A stretch of 64,000 nt of DNA. Source: an uncultured Alphaproteobacteria bacterium (lineage in GTDB: Bacteria; Pseudomonadota; Alphaproteobacteria; Methylaequorales; Methylaequoraceae). How positions within the stretch are numbered: the first letter of the stretch is position 1; each line of letters begins with the position of its first letter. The stretch covers positions 18,461 to 82,460 of the forward strand of contig CACACI010000002.1 in assembly GCA_902530985.1 (NCBI GenBank), written 5' to 3'. Positions 10,451 through 20,263 of the stretch are shown here, piece by piece. The translations under genes were made by a program, and so were the position numbers. The notes below the pieces were generated by a model. That model did not search any database, was not told the origin of the DNA, and was given only the letters and a program-made list of their open reading frames with translations.

Positions 10451-12589
10451 TTAAACTCTGGAAACACTCTCAACAAAGTCAGACGTTCTAAGTGAAACGA
10501 TAACCTTGCTCAGATGATTTTTATTTTTAACGTCGATGTCTATATATATTCTAAAAAAATCATTATTCCTTTCAGTGATTTTTAGATTTCTAATATTGCT
10601 TAGCGATTTTGCAATTATTGATGATAAAACTCCAAGAGCTCCAATTTTATTTTTTATAAGGACACTAATTTTAGCTGCAAATTCTTTTTTTTTATAAAAT
10701 AACTTCTCCCAGGAAACTTCCATAATTTTTGATTTACTTGCTTTTTCTTTTTTTAATTCTTCACACATATTTAAGTGAACGATTAAACCCTTATCTTCAA
10801 CTATAAATGCTACTGCACGATCTCCAGGAATTGGGTTGCAACAATTTGCAAAATGAATGCTCATTCCAGGTGTAAGTCCCTTTAGGTTTAAAGGAAGATT
10901 TGTAAGTTCTTTTTTTTCTCTTATTTTATTAAGTAAAATAATTTTATCGTTTTTATTTAGTAATTTTTTTTCTGGAAACATTGATGAAATAATTTTAACA
11001 GGTGAAATTTGTCCATTACCAATTGCTTTAAATAAATCATCAATATCTTTAATTTTGAATTTCTCCAAAATAGTTTTTACATTTCTCTCAGAATATCTCA
11101 TTTTTTGACTTTTAAATTGATTAATCAATATTTCTTTACCTAATTTCTTAAAATCGTCATCTTCTTTTATTTGAAGAAACCTCTTAATGCATGCCCTTGC
11201 CTTTCCTGTTATTGATAAATTTAACCATTCAGGTGAAAGAGAATTGTCTTCACCACAAATAATTTCAACCTGGTCTCCATTTTTCAATTTTGTATAAAGA
11301 GGTTTTATTGAATTATTGATCTTTACCCCAACACAAGAATAACCAACATCGGAATGTACGGAAAAAGCAAAATCTAAAGGCATAGCTCCTTTTGGCAATG
11401 CAACTAAATCACCTTTTGGCGAAAAAACGAAAACCTGATCAGTATACATTTGCATTTTTGTATGTTCCAGGAATTCTTCAGGTTCATTTGATTGGTCTAT
11501 TATATCTAATATCTGTCTGATCCATCTATACTGTTTACCATCTTTGGGATTAAGCTTATCTTTATAAATCCAATGAGCGGCAACCCCAAATTCAGCTTTT
11601 TCGTTCATCTCAAAAGATCTAATTTGAATTTCTATTCTTTGATTTAGTGGACCAATTAGAGTCGTGTGAATTGATTGATATCCATTAGGTTTTGGTGTCG
11701 AGATGTAGTCTTTAAATCTACCTGGAACATATGAATAATCCTGATGAAGAAGGCCAAGCACACTGTAACATGTTTTAACATCATTAACTAGAATAGTAAA
11801 AGCCATTATATCTGATAGCTGTGAAAAATTTACAGATTTAATTTTCATCTTTTTCCAAATAGAATATGGCGTTTTCTCTCTTCCAAAAACTTTAAATAAT
11901 ATTTTATTTTTTATAAGAAATTCCTTTATGTTTTTTAAAATTTTATCAACTACGTCTTCATCTTGCTGTCTTAACATAGACAACCTTTGCATTATAGATT
12001 CTCTTAATTCAGGCTCTGTAATTTTGAAACTTAAATCATCTAACTCTTTTCTTATCTCATCCATCCCTAATCTTTCAGCTAGAGGAGAATATATTTCAAG
12101 TGTTTCAAATGAAATTCTTTTTTTTTTGTTCTCATCTTCTATAAAATTTAATGTTCTCATATTGTGAAGTCTGTCAGCTAGCTTTACGAAAAGAACACGA
12201 ATATCTTTGGAAGTTGCTAATAATAATTTTCTAAAATTTTCAGCTTGATTAAATTTATCAGATCTACCTTCAAGTTTTGATAGTTTTGTAACTCCATCAA
12301 CAAGTAACGAGATTTCCTCTCCAAAGTTTTCTTTTATATCAACTAAATTAAAATTTGTATCTTCCACTACATCATGAAGAAGTGCAGTTATTATAGTCCT
12401 AGAATCAAATTTGTGATCAGCTAAAATACCAGCCACCTCTAATGGGTGAGAAAAATAAGGGTCTCCAGAAGCTCTAGTTTGACTTCCATGGGCTCGCATT
12501 GAAAAAACATAGGCTTTATTTAAAAGCACCTCTTCAACTTGTGGGTCGTATGATTTAACTTTCTCTAATAATTCAACTTGTCTTAACAC
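10451..12589 (-). CDS. spoT: bifunctional (p)ppGpp synthetase/hydrolase, RelA/SpoT family
   Basis: 712 aa. HD hydrolase motif HDVVEDT, synthetase region YQSIHT, TGS and a C-terminal ACT-like domain. Confidence 0.9.
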   Translation of the reverse strand: MLRQVELLEKVKSYDPQVEEVLLNKAYVFSMRAHGSQTRASGDPYFSHPLEVAGILADHKFDSRTIITALLHDVVEDTNFNLVDIKENFGEEISLLVDGVTKLSKLEGRSDKFNQAENFRKLLLATSKDIRVLFVKLADRLHNMRTLNFIEDENKKKRISFETLEIYSPLAERLGMDEIRKELDDLSFKITEPELRESIMQRLSMLRQQDEDVVDKILKNIKEFLIKNKILFKVFGREKTPYSIWKKMKIKSVNFSQLSDIMAFTILVNDVKTCYSVLGLLHQDYSYVPGRFKDYISTPKPNGYQSIHTTLIGPLNQRIEIQIRSFEMNEKAEFGVAAHWIYKDKLNPKDGKQYRWIRQILDIIDQSNEPEEFLEHTKMQMYTDQVFVFSPKGDLVALPKGAMPLDFAFSVHSDVGYSCVGVKINNSIKPLYTKLKNGDQVEIICGEDNSLSPEWLNLSITGKARACIKRFLQIKEDDDFKKLGKEILINQFKSQKMRYSERNVKTILEKFKIKDIDDLFKAIGNGQISPVKIISSMFPEKKLLNKNDKIILLNKIREKKELTNLPLNLKGLTPGMSIHFANCCNPIPGDRAVAFIVEDKGLIVHLNMCEELKKEKASKSKIMEVSWEKLFYKKKEFAAKISVLIKNKIGALGVLSSIIAKSLSNIRNLKITERNNDFFRIYIDIDVKNKNHLSKVIVSLRTSDFVESVSRV

Positions 12590-12639
12590 ATAAAAATTTT
12601 ATGCCAAAAAAAAGAATTTTCAAATACGAAATTAATTTT

Positions 12640-13101
12640 TTATGTTTTTTCTTCTTTTAAGTCAGGGGCTGGAGAATCTTCAGCAACAACTTCATCTTCT
12701 GGGTTAGAGTTTTTCTTTTGACTTATTAATTTTTGAATTTCATTTTGAGTCATATAGATTTTTTTTCTCTTTTTTTCAGAGGCATTTTCTTTTTCAAAGT
12801 TATCAAATGATACTTGTGATGCATTTTCATTCATCGGAACTGTTTCGTCATCATCAATATCAGTATCTTCAACTGGTTGATATCTTTGAGCAGCATTAAC
12901 TATTGAGTCCCATGTTTTGATTAAATCTATTTTCTTTTCAGCTATTTCTCTTAATGCAATCACAGTATTTTTATCGTTATCTATGGAAACACCAGCTTCA
13001 GTACCTGATGTAAGATCTCTAGCTCGGTTACAAGCATATATTACTAACTGGAATCTGTTAGGTATAGATGTTGTGCAATCTTCTGTGGTTACTCTTGCCA
13101 T
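12640..13101 (-). CDS. rpoZ: DNA-directed RNA polymerase omega subunit with an extended acidic/lysine-rich C-terminal tail
   Basis: N-terminus MARVTTEDC...[14 protein letters not shown] is the omega core. 153 aa, so the tail is longer than usual. Confidence 0.8.
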   Translation of the reverse strand: MARVTTEDCTTSIPNRFQLVIYACNRARDLTSGTEAGVSIDNDKNTVIALREIAEKKIDLIKTWDSIVNAAQRYQPVEDTDIDDDETVPMNENASQVSFDNFEKENASEKKRKKIYMTQNEIQKLISQKKNSNPEDEVVAEDSPAPDLKEEKT

Positions 13102-13106
13102 AAACT

Positions 13107-13598
13107 TTATGTTATTCTTATATTAAAAATATTTTGGTTTGCAAGAGTTTTTATCATATTTTTTGCACTTTTGTTTAGAACTGGGTGAATCCATTCTTCA
13201 TCTATATCACAAACTGGTTGCATAACAAACTTTCGTAAGTGCATCCTGGGGTGTGGTAAAATTAAATTTGTAGTATTTAAAACTTGATCGTTATATGTCA
13301 ATAAATCTAGATCTATAGTTCTTGCTTCATTTTTTTTATTCCTAACTCTTTTAAAAGCTTTTTCTATAAGAATCAAATTTTCAAGGATTTCTTGAGGAGA
13401 TAGATTTGATTTTATTTTGATAGCTCCATTTACATACCAAGGCTGATTAGATTTTGGTATCGGTTCTGTTTCATAAAATTTGGAAATTTTTTCTACATTA
13501 AATTTTTTTTTTAGTAATTTGATAGCCTGTAAACAATTCTGAAGTGGTGAACCAAAAGAGTCAGAATTTAAATTAGATCCTATAGCTATTAAAATCAA
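13107..13598 (-). CDS. folK: 2-amino-4-hydroxy-6-hydroxymethyldihydropteridine pyrophosphokinase
   Basis: 163 aa. RTIDLDLL and [15 protein letters not shown] motifs. Confidence 0.85.
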   Translation of the reverse strand: MILIAIGSNLNSDSFGSPLQNCLQAIKLLKKKFNVEKISKFYETEPIPKSNQPWYVNGAIKIKSNLSPQEILENLILIEKAFKRVRNKKNEARTIDLDLLTYNDQVLNTTNLILPHPRMHLRKFVMQPVCDIDEEWIHPVLNKSAKNMIKTLANQNIFNIRIT

Positions 13599-14053
13599 TG
13601 TTTCTCCAACCTAGCTTTTTCTTTTTTCCAATCTTGTTGTTTTTTATACTCCCTTAAATCCTTTTTTTTCCTTCCTTTAGATATACCAAGTAAAATCTTT
13701 ATAAATCCTTTTTTATTAAAATGAAGATCTAGAGGAATCATTGTTAGACCATTTTGTTTAATTTTCATATTAATTTTGCTAATTTCATTTTTTTTTAGAA
13801 GTAGTTTCTTAGGCCTGATATTACTCAATTTTTTTTCATTGTTATGATATGCCTTCAGATCTACATGAAGATTAATAATCCAAAATTCACCTTTTTTGAA
13901 AACAGCATATGAATTATCTAAAGAAACGCTCCCTCCCCTTATTGATTTAACTTCAGGTCCCTGAAGAACTATCCCAACCTCTATTTTTTCAGTTATATGA
14001 TAGTTAAATTTGGCTTTTCTATTTTGAGCTATTATGGAAATTAATTTTTTCAC
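13595..14053 (-). CDS. smpB: SsrA-binding protein
   Basis: IAQNRKAKFNY, GPEVKSIR and a basic C-terminal tail. 152 aa. Confidence 0.9.
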   Translation of the reverse strand: MKKLISIIAQNRKAKFNYHITEKIEVGIVLQGPEVKSIRGGSVSLDNSYAVFKKGEFWIINLHVDLKAYHNNEKKLSNIRPKKLLLKKNEISKINMKIKQNGLTMIPLDLHFNKKGFIKILLGISKGRKKKDLREYKKQQDWKKEKARLEKH

Positions 14054-14056
14054 TAA

Positions 14057-14941
14057 TCATTCAATTAGATCAAGATTCTTCAGAGATTTATCAATTTCAT
14101 TCATTGTTGATTTACTTACTGGTGTTAAAGGCAATCTTAGTAAATTTTTACATTTTTTAAGTTTACTTAAAGCATATTTTACTGGACATGGGCTTGTTTC
14201 AAGAAAAAGAGCTTTATTCAGAGCATATAATTGAAAATTCAATTTCATTGATTCTTCAATATTTCTATCTCGCCATGAATTATAAATCTGAGCACATAAT
14301 TTTGGAGCAACGTTAGCTGTTACAGATATGCAACCAATCCCACCATTTACTAAAAAAGCTAAGAAAGTTGCATCTTCCCCAGATAGTTGATGAAAATTTG
14401 CACCACAATTAAGTTTAACATCCATTGGTGAAGCTAAATCAGAGGTTGCATCTTTAACTCCAACAATGTTATGAATTTTTGATAATTTTTTTATTAATTC
14501 TATTGATATTTTGACTACAGATCTTCCTGGAATATCGTAAAGATAAATTGGAAATTGTTCAATTTTGTTGGCAATAGTCTTAAAGTGCTGGTAGAGCCCC
14601 TCCTCGCTGGGCTTGTTGTAATAAGGTGTTACTAGAAGTGTTGCATCTGCTTTTGATTTTTTGGCATGCTGGACTAATTCTATTGTTTCTGAAGTAGAGT
14701 TAGAACCACAACCTGCCATAACCGGTATTCTAGAATTACATTTCTTGATTATAAATTCAGTGACTTTTTTGTGTTCATCATGACTTAATGTCGGAGATTC
14801 ACCTGTTGTACCACATGAAACCAAACCATGCGAACCTTCAGAAATTAAAAATTCTACATGCTTTTCAAGAGATTCATAGTCTATTTCATAATCTTTTGTA
14901 AATGGGGTTATTACAGCTGGAATCGAACCTTTAAATATCAT
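14057..14941 (-). CDS. dapA: 4-hydroxy-tetrahydrodipicolinate synthase
   Basis: 294 aa. GTTGESPTLS, TPYYNKP and Schiff-base lysine context VGVKDA. Confidence 0.9.
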   Translation of the reverse strand: MIFKGSIPAVITPFTKDYEIDYESLEKHVEFLISEGSHGLVSCGTTGESPTLSHDEHKKVTEFIIKKCNSRIPVMAGCGSNSTSETIELVQHAKKSKADATLLVTPYYNKPSEEGLYQHFKTIANKIEQFPIYLYDIPGRSVVKISIELIKKLSKIHNIVGVKDATSDLASPMDVKLNCGANFHQLSGEDATFLAFLVNGGIGCISVTANVAPKLCAQIYNSWRDRNIEESMKLNFQLYALNKALFLETSPCPVKYALSKLKKCKNLLRLPLTPVSKSTMNEIDKSLKNLDLIE

Positions 14942-15019
14942 TTTGCTCCTAGTTACACAATAAAATAATTATAATATTCTTATTGTTAATTATTTTCTAG
15001 GAAATAATAATAAGAGTTT

Positions 15020-16960
15020 ATGATAAGAGATTATTTAAGAATTAAGTTTTTTTTTTTTTTAATTTTTTTCATTTCTCAACCCTGCCATGCTTTAGATTCT
15101 CCGAAAGTTAAGGCTAGACCAGAAATAAAAATTGCATCTTTTGAAGATGTTTTTGAACAAATAAAAAAACAAAATTGGGCTATGGCTGTTGTCATAGCAG
15201 ATGATTATAAAAATAATTATTTGTCTTCTTACATTAGATGGCTTGATATAACAAGACCAGGAAGCAATCATTCATTCATTCATCTTAAAAATTTTTACCT
15301 CAAACATAAACATTGGCCTAAAGCAGACATAATTCTTGAAAAGATTGAATCTTCGATAGATGATAAAATAGATAAAAATAAAGTTGTAAATTGGTTTAAA
15401 AACAATCCTCCTAAAACATCTAAAGGTAAAATCGATTACCTTGAAGCTCTTATAAAAACAGGAAAAGTTTCAGATAAAAAAAATAGAATAAAAAATATTT
15501 GGATTAATTCCAACTTAACCTATAAACAACAAAAATATTTCGTTAAAAAATACAGTAATTTTTGGAATCAAACAGATAACTGGAAACGATTCAATAGACT
15601 TATATATGAAGGAAAGAATATTTCTGCAAGAAGGACACTTAATAGAATTTCTGGCGATTTAAGGAAACTTGGAGAAGCAAGGTTAGGTTTGAGTAGAAGA
15701 GCAGGTAATGTATCTATATTAATAAAAAATGTTCCGACAAGTCTAAAGAATGATCCTGGACTTGTGTATGAGAGAATGAGGTGGAGAAGAAAGGCAAAAT
15801 TAGATTCAGCCGCAGATCTATTGATACCCCCCCCTAAAAAAATTGAAAATGTAAGAAATTGGTGGATAAATTCAAGAATTGTCATTCGAAGACTCCTCAA
15901 TAAAAAAAAATTTTCTAAAGCTTATGCAATATTACAAAATCATAAACTTCCTTTAAATACAAAATCAGGATTAGAAGCTGAATGGCTTGCTGGGTGGGTA
16001 TCATTTTTTCATTTAAAAAAACAAACTCAAGCTATAAAGCATTTAGAAAAAGTTTTTAATAATTCTGACAATAATTTTAGATCCAAAGCAGCCTATTGGT
16101 TAGCACTTGCAAACATAGAAAACAAATCTGAACCATCAATTATTAAAAAATGGTACATAGAATCAGCAAAAAATAAATTCTCTTTTTATGGTCAAAATGC
16201 ATCATTAAAAATTAATAAATTTGATTTAAAGAAAAATACACATATTTTAAAAAAACCAACTGTTTATAATGACCTTTTAGAAGTAATTAAGATCATTATT
16301 GAATCAAGGCAAAAAATAAAAAAAACGTATCCATTTTTTGAAAAAGCCTTTGAATTGTGCTCCATAGATGAAGAAAAGTATTACATTCTTGAAAAAGCCT
16401 ATGAATTAGATAATAAAAGTATTGTTGGTAAACTATCAAAAAAATTAGAAAATCCATCAATTAAGTATTCATATCCTGAAATTCAAGAATTAGTTCCTAG
16501 GAAATTTAAAAACTCAAAATCAACTATTGCATTAATTCATTCAATAATTCATCAGGAAAGTAATTTTTCTATTAGTGCTTATAGTTCAGCCGGTGCGAGG
16601 GGCTTAATGCAACTAATGCCATTTACCGCCAAAAAAGTCTCTAGAGATTTAAAAATAAAATACTATAAAAAAAAACTCACTCAGAACCCTCAATATAATA
16701 TTTTACTTGGAACAACATATATTAATGAAATGCTTGTTAAATTTAGAAAGTCTCTTCCGTTAGCTTTAGCAGCATATAATGCAGGACCAGGAAGAGTGAA
16801 AATCTGGCTAAAGAGATATGGTGATCCCAGAACAAATCAAATAAGTTATGTTAATTGGATAGAGTCTATTCCAATTACTGAAACTAGGTTTTATGTCCAA
16901 AAAGTACTTTCAAATCTAAGAATTTATCAAAAAAAATATAATCTAGATTTGTACAAATAA
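15020..16960 (+). CDS. slt: soluble lytic murein transglycosylase (Slt70-like)
   Basis: 646 aa. Signal peptide, long helical N-terminal domain, C-terminal SLT motifs HQESNF...GLMQLMP...AYNAGPGRV. Confidence 0.8.
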   Translation: MIRDYLRIKFFFFLIFFISQPCHALDSPKVKARPEIKIASFEDVFEQIKKQNWAMAVVIADDYKNNYLSSYIRWLDITRPGSNHSFIHLKNFYLKHKHWPKADIILEKIESSIDDKIDKNKVVNWFKNNPPKTSKGKIDYLEALIKTGKVSDKKNRIKNIWINSNLTYKQQKYFVKKYSNFWNQTDNWKRFNRLIYEGKNISARRTLNRISGDLRKLGEARLGLSRRAGNVSILIKNVPTSLKNDPGLVYERMRWRRKAKLDSAADLLIPPPKKIENVRNWWINSRIVIRRLLNKKKFSKAYAILQNHKLPLNTKSGLEAEWLAGWVSFFHLKKQTQAIKHLEKVFNNSDNNFRSKAAYWLALANIENKSEPSIIKKWYIESAKNKFSFYGQNASLKINKFDLKKNTHILKKPTVYNDLLEVIKIIIESRQKIKKTYPFFEKAFELCSIDEEKYYILEKAYELDNKSIVGKLSKKLENPSIKYSYPEIQELVPRKFKNSKSTIALIHSIIHQESNFSISAYSSAGARGLMQLMPFTAKKVSRDLKIKYYKKKLTQNPQYNILLGTTYINEMLVKFRKSLPLALAAYNAGPGRVKIWLKRYGDPRTNQISYVNWIESIPITETRFYVQKVLSNLRIYQKKYNLDLYK

Positions 16961-16990
16961 GATTGTGGCATTTTTTTCTGATAATAAATA

Positions 16991-17023
16991 AATGACATAT
17001 TGACATTGTGCCAATATGTCATT
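16991..17023. promoter_or_regulatory. perfect 12-bp inverted repeat (AATGACATATTG-N9-CAATATGTCATT) overlapping the hsp20 promoter; operator-like
   Basis: Read directly. The arms at 16991-17002 and 17012-17023 are exact reverse complements. Confidence 0.5.
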
Positions 17024-17028
17024 ATATT
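17000..17028 (+). promoter_or_regulatory. sigma-70-like promoter of hsp20 (TTGACA-17 nt-TATATT)
   Basis: TTGACA at 17000-17005, a 17-nt spacer and TATATT at 17023-17028, about 60 nt upstream of the ATG at 17090. Confidence 0.5.
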
Positions 17029-17033
17029 AATCA

Positions 17034-17085
17034 ATATGCTGCCTTAAAGGGGCATATTAATAATAATCTTGCTTTATAAGGAGAT
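17034..17085 (+). promoter_or_regulatory. structured 5' UTR of hsp20 (two hairpins, the second pairing UCUUGCU with the SD); candidate ROSE-like RNA thermometer
   Basis: Hairpin AUAUGCUGCC-UUAAA-GGGGCAUAU (17034-17057). AUCUU (17066-17070) can pair with GGAGAU (17080-17085), which covers part of the AGGAG SD. A UUGCU motif lies opposite the SD. Confidence 0.3.
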
Positions 17086-17089
17086 ATAT

Positions 17090-17518
17090 ATGCAAAATAA
17101 TCTATCAACATTTGATAAAACTAAATTTATTCCATTTTCTGTTGGATTTGACGATTTATTTGATCGTTTATTTGAAATGGATATAAATTCTAAAAGTTAT
17201 CCACCCTATAATATTGTAAAAAATGATGAATATCATTACACAATTGAAATGGCTTTAGCTGGTTTTAATAAAAACCAAATCGAGGTTGAACAAGCTGACA
17301 GTAAACTCACTGTAAGGTCTGTGCTAACAGATAATGTTGATTCAAGTTCAAAAAATTTGATTCATCAAGGTATTTCTCAAAGATCTTTTGAAAGAAGTTT
17401 CACTCTCTCTGATGAAATACACATTAAATCAGCCGAACTCAAAGATGGAATGCTGAAAGTAAAGTTAGAAAAAATCATTCCTGATCATAAGAAGCCTAAA
17501 CTTATTACAATAAAATAA
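17090..17518 (+). CDS. small heat-shock protein, Hsp20/alpha-crystallin family
   Basis: Alpha-crystallin domain (YNIVKNDEYHYTIEMALAGF...LKDGMLKVKLEK). I prefer the ATG at 17090 with AGGAG 6 nt upstream (17079-17083) over the TTG at 17069 in the ORF track. Confidence 0.85.
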   Translation: MQNNLSTFDKTKFIPFSVGFDDLFDRLFEMDINSKSYPPYNIVKNDEYHYTIEMALAGFNKNQIEVEQADSKLTVRSVLTDNVDSSSKNLIHQGISQRSFERSFTLSDEIHIKSAELKDGMLKVKLEKIIPDHKKPKLITIK

Positions 17519-17531
17519 GTTTTTTAATCTA

Positions 17532-17553
17532 GCAGGGAGCATTGTCTCCCTGC
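17532..17553 (+). terminator. GC-rich hairpin downstream of hsp20 (GCAGGGAG-N6-CTCCCTGC)
   Basis: Perfect 8-bp stem 14 nt after the stop codon. No clear U-tract follows. Confidence 0.45.
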
Positions 17554-17592
17554 AACATTCAATATTGACAACATATTCCTAAAAAGATATTT

Positions 17593-17611
17593 AATAATAA
17601 TAATCATTATC
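17593..17611 (+). promoter_or_regulatory. Fur box upstream of the iron ABC transporter
   Basis: AATAATAATAATCATTATC matches the classical GATAATGATAATCATTATC at 17 of 19 positions and ends 8 nt before the fbpA ATG. Confidence 0.6.
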
Positions 17612-17619
17612 ATAGAATC

Positions 17620-18633
17620 ATGCCTCAATTAGTTTTTTTAATAATTTTATTAAGTTTTCAAAATATTTTTACAAAAGAAATTAATTTATTTACAACTCGA
17701 CACTATGATTCAGATCTTCAATTATATGAAGATTTTACAAAAGAGACTGGAATAAAAGTAAATGTTATATCAGGAAAATCAAAACCACTTGAAAAAAGAA
17801 TAATCGAAGAAGGTAAATCATGTATTGGTGATTTATTTTTTTTAGCTGATGCAGGTAGATTAGTTTCAGCAGAAAAAAAGGGACTATTCATAAAAATAAA
17901 ATCCCAATCAATTGAACAAAAAGTTCCAGAAAATTTTAGATCGCCTTATTGGGTTGGAATTACAAAAAGAGCAAGAATAATATACTACAACCCAAAAGAA
18001 ACGAAATTAGATGAAATTAAAAACTTAAGCTACGAGGATTTATCAAGTATCAAGTTTAAAAACTCAATAGCTATAAGACAATCAAATAACGTATATAATC
18101 AATCATTAGTTGCTTCTTTAATAGAAAACAATGGAATAGATTTTACAAAACAATGGTTAAAAAAGTTTGTTAAAAACTTTTCACGAAATCCAACCGGAAA
18201 TGATAGAGCTCAAATTCTATCTGTGGCTGCAGGTGAATCTAAATTTGCAATAGCAAATACATATTATTACGCTTTAATGGCTTCGGGGAAAAAAGGAGAG
18301 GATCAAAAGAAAGCCAGTAAAAAAGTTAAACCTTTATTTCCTAATCAACTTGACCGAGGAACCCATATGAACATCTCAGGCATAGGAATTCTCAAACACT
18401 CTCCAAATAAAGCCAATACAAAAAAATTTATTGAATTTCTTCTAACTCCTAAAGCTCAGAAACATATAGTTAATAACACTTATGAATACCCAATGATAGA
18501 AACTGTTACTCCATCTAAACTCATTCAAAAAATGGGAAATAATTTCAAGCAAGATAATTCAAGTAAAGTGTCAACTTATGGAAAATGGCAAAAGGAGGCT
18601 TTTAAACTTATGCGCAAAGCTGGGTGGAATTAG
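17620..18633 (+). CDS. fbpA: Fe(III) ABC transporter periplasmic substrate-binding protein
   Basis: 337 aa with a signal peptide. SBP family-1 architecture with the NTYYYAL tyrosine cluster. Fur box upstream, and a fused two-domain permease and an ATPase downstream. Confidence 0.75.
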   Translation: MPQLVFLIILLSFQNIFTKEINLFTTRHYDSDLQLYEDFTKETGIKVNVISGKSKPLEKRIIEEGKSCIGDLFFLADAGRLVSAEKKGLFIKIKSQSIEQKVPENFRSPYWVGITKRARIIYYNPKETKLDEIKNLSYEDLSSIKFKNSIAIRQSNNVYNQSLVASLIENNGIDFTKQWLKKFVKNFSRNPTGNDRAQILSVAAGESKFAIANTYYYALMASGKKGEDQKKASKKVKPLFPNQLDRGTHMNISGIGILKHSPNKANTKKFIEFLLTPKAQKHIVNNTYEYPMIETVTPSKLIQKMGNNFKQDNSSKVSTYGKWQKEAFKLMRKAGWN

Positions 18634-18639
18634 ATCAAG

Positions 18640-20250
18640 GTGAAATATCCCAACCACTTTCTAGACACAAATAAAACTTTATATGCATTTGTATTCGTAA
18701 TTGCTATTTTTTCAATAATACCACTCTTTTCGATAATCATTAATTCAACAACATTAAACTATAGTTATATAGAATCTAGTGGTCTTTTTGAATTCTTTAA
18801 AAATTCATTAATAATTCTTTTTTGGGTTATAATTCTTACTTCTTTTTTTGGTGTCTTTTCGGCATACTTAATTACTTTTTATAATTTTCCAGGAGTAAGT
18901 TTTTTTAGATATGCTTTAATTCTTTCTTTTGCAATTCCTCCTTATATTTTTGGTTATTCACTATCTGCTTTTTTTGAAAACTATGGAATTGGTTATTCAT
19001 TTTTTACAAACTTTTTTAAGTTAGATGATGCCAATAGTTTTTTGCCGAATTTAACCCCAATAACAAATTGTATTTTATCTTTATCTTTCACATTATACGG
19101 ATATATCTATCTATTATCTAAAACTTCATTCCTAAATCAATCAGGAAATCTTGTTGATCTAGGAAAAAGTTTAGGTTTCAATTCTTTTAAAAAGTTTACA
19201 AATATTATAATCCCATCTGCAAGACCAGCAATTTTCATTGGAATAAGTTTAGTATCTATGGAAACATTAGCTGACTTTGGAACAGTTTCATATTTTGGTG
19301 TTTCTACATTTACCACCGAAATCTATAATTCTTGGTTTATATTTGACGATTTAAAAACATCAAATTTTTTATCATTATTTCTATTAATATTTGTTTTGAT
19401 ATTTTTTATTATTGAAAAAATATCAAGAAAAAATTCTAAATTTCACAAATTAAAAAACGATAGTAAGAATAAAAGATTACAATTAAATGGTTTTAGTGCC
19501 CTAGCAGCTTTCCTTTTCTGTTTCAGCCTTTTTTTTATAAGTTTTATTTTTCCATTTTCACAAATGATTTTTTGGTCTTATAAATTTCCTGAATATTATA
19601 AGAATTTAAATCTAATTAGACTAAATTTAAATACTTTTACTTTAATTCTTTTTACTTCATTTTTTATTATTATTTTTTCTTTTATAGTAAATTTTGGAAA
19701 CCGAGCATTAAAAAGTAAATTTCTTAATTTAATATCAACCTTGTCTATTTCAGGATATGCCATACCTGGTATCATAATTTCAGTTTCAATAATTAGTTTT
19801 ATTTCACTAATGAGCAATCTTTTTGATGTTAACTTAAAATCAATCTTCATAGGAACATTTTATGGTCTAATAATAGGATATTTCTTTAGATTTTATTCGA
19901 TTTCTTATAACAGCATAAAATCTGATTATTTAAAAATAAACTACTCGATTGATGAGTCTGCTTACCTTCTTGGTTTTAACAAATTTAAAACCTTCTCGGA
20001 GATTCATTGGCCAATCATGAAAAAAAATACTTTTTTTATTTTTGTGCTAATCTCCATTGAAATAACAAAAGAACTTCCAATTACATTAATTCTTCGTCCT
20101 TTTAATTTTGATACTTTTTCAACAAAAGCCTATCATTTCGCATCTCAAGATTTAATTGAAGCAGCCTCAATACCTTCAATGTTTTTAATTTTCTGGGCTA
20201 GTATCTTGATACTTATCTCATTTAAATCCTTTTTTGACGATGAAAAATGA
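18640..20250 (+). CDS. fbpB: Fe(III) ABC transporter permease (duplicated two-module type)
   Basis: 536 aa, about 12 TM helices in two repeated halves, each with an EAA-like loop. GTG start. Confidence 0.8.
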   Translation: MKYPNHFLDTNKTLYAFVFVIAIFSIIPLFSIIINSTTLNYSYIESSGLFEFFKNSLIILFWVIILTSFFGVFSAYLITFYNFPGVSFFRYALILSFAIPPYIFGYSLSAFFENYGIGYSFFTNFFKLDDANSFLPNLTPITNCILSLSFTLYGYIYLLSKTSFLNQSGNLVDLGKSLGFNSFKKFTNIIIPSARPAIFIGISLVSMETLADFGTVSYFGVSTFTTEIYNSWFIFDDLKTSNFLSLFLLIFVLIFFIIEKISRKNSKFHKLKNDSKNKRLQLNGFSALAAFLFCFSLFFISFIFPFSQMIFWSYKFPEYYKNLNLIRLNLNTFTLILFTSFFIIIFSFIVNFGNRALKSKFLNLISTLSISGYAIPGIIISVSIISFISLMSNLFDVNLKSIFIGTFYGLIIGYFFRFYSISYNSIKSDYLKINYSIDESAYLLGFNKFKTFSEIHWPIMKKNTFFIFVLISIEITKELPITLILRPFNFDTFSTKAYHFASQDLIEAASIPSMFLIFWASILILISFKSFFDDEK

Positions 20251-20263
20251 ATTATAAAAAATA

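Noticed and set aside
15047-15060. T14 homopolymer inside the slt signal-peptide coding region. There are similar runs elsewhere, for example A13 at 6370-6382 in recO, and A and T runs near 26080-26100.
   Set aside because: Such runs encode Phe or Lys stretches and are common in very AT-rich genomes. There is no evidence of phase variation from a single sequence.
16966-16982. TGGCATTTTTTTCTGAT downstream of slt looks like a sigma-54 -24 element.
   Set aside because: There is no TTGC -12 element at the required spacing, and no suitably oriented gene follows apart from hsp20, which has a good sigma-70 promoter.
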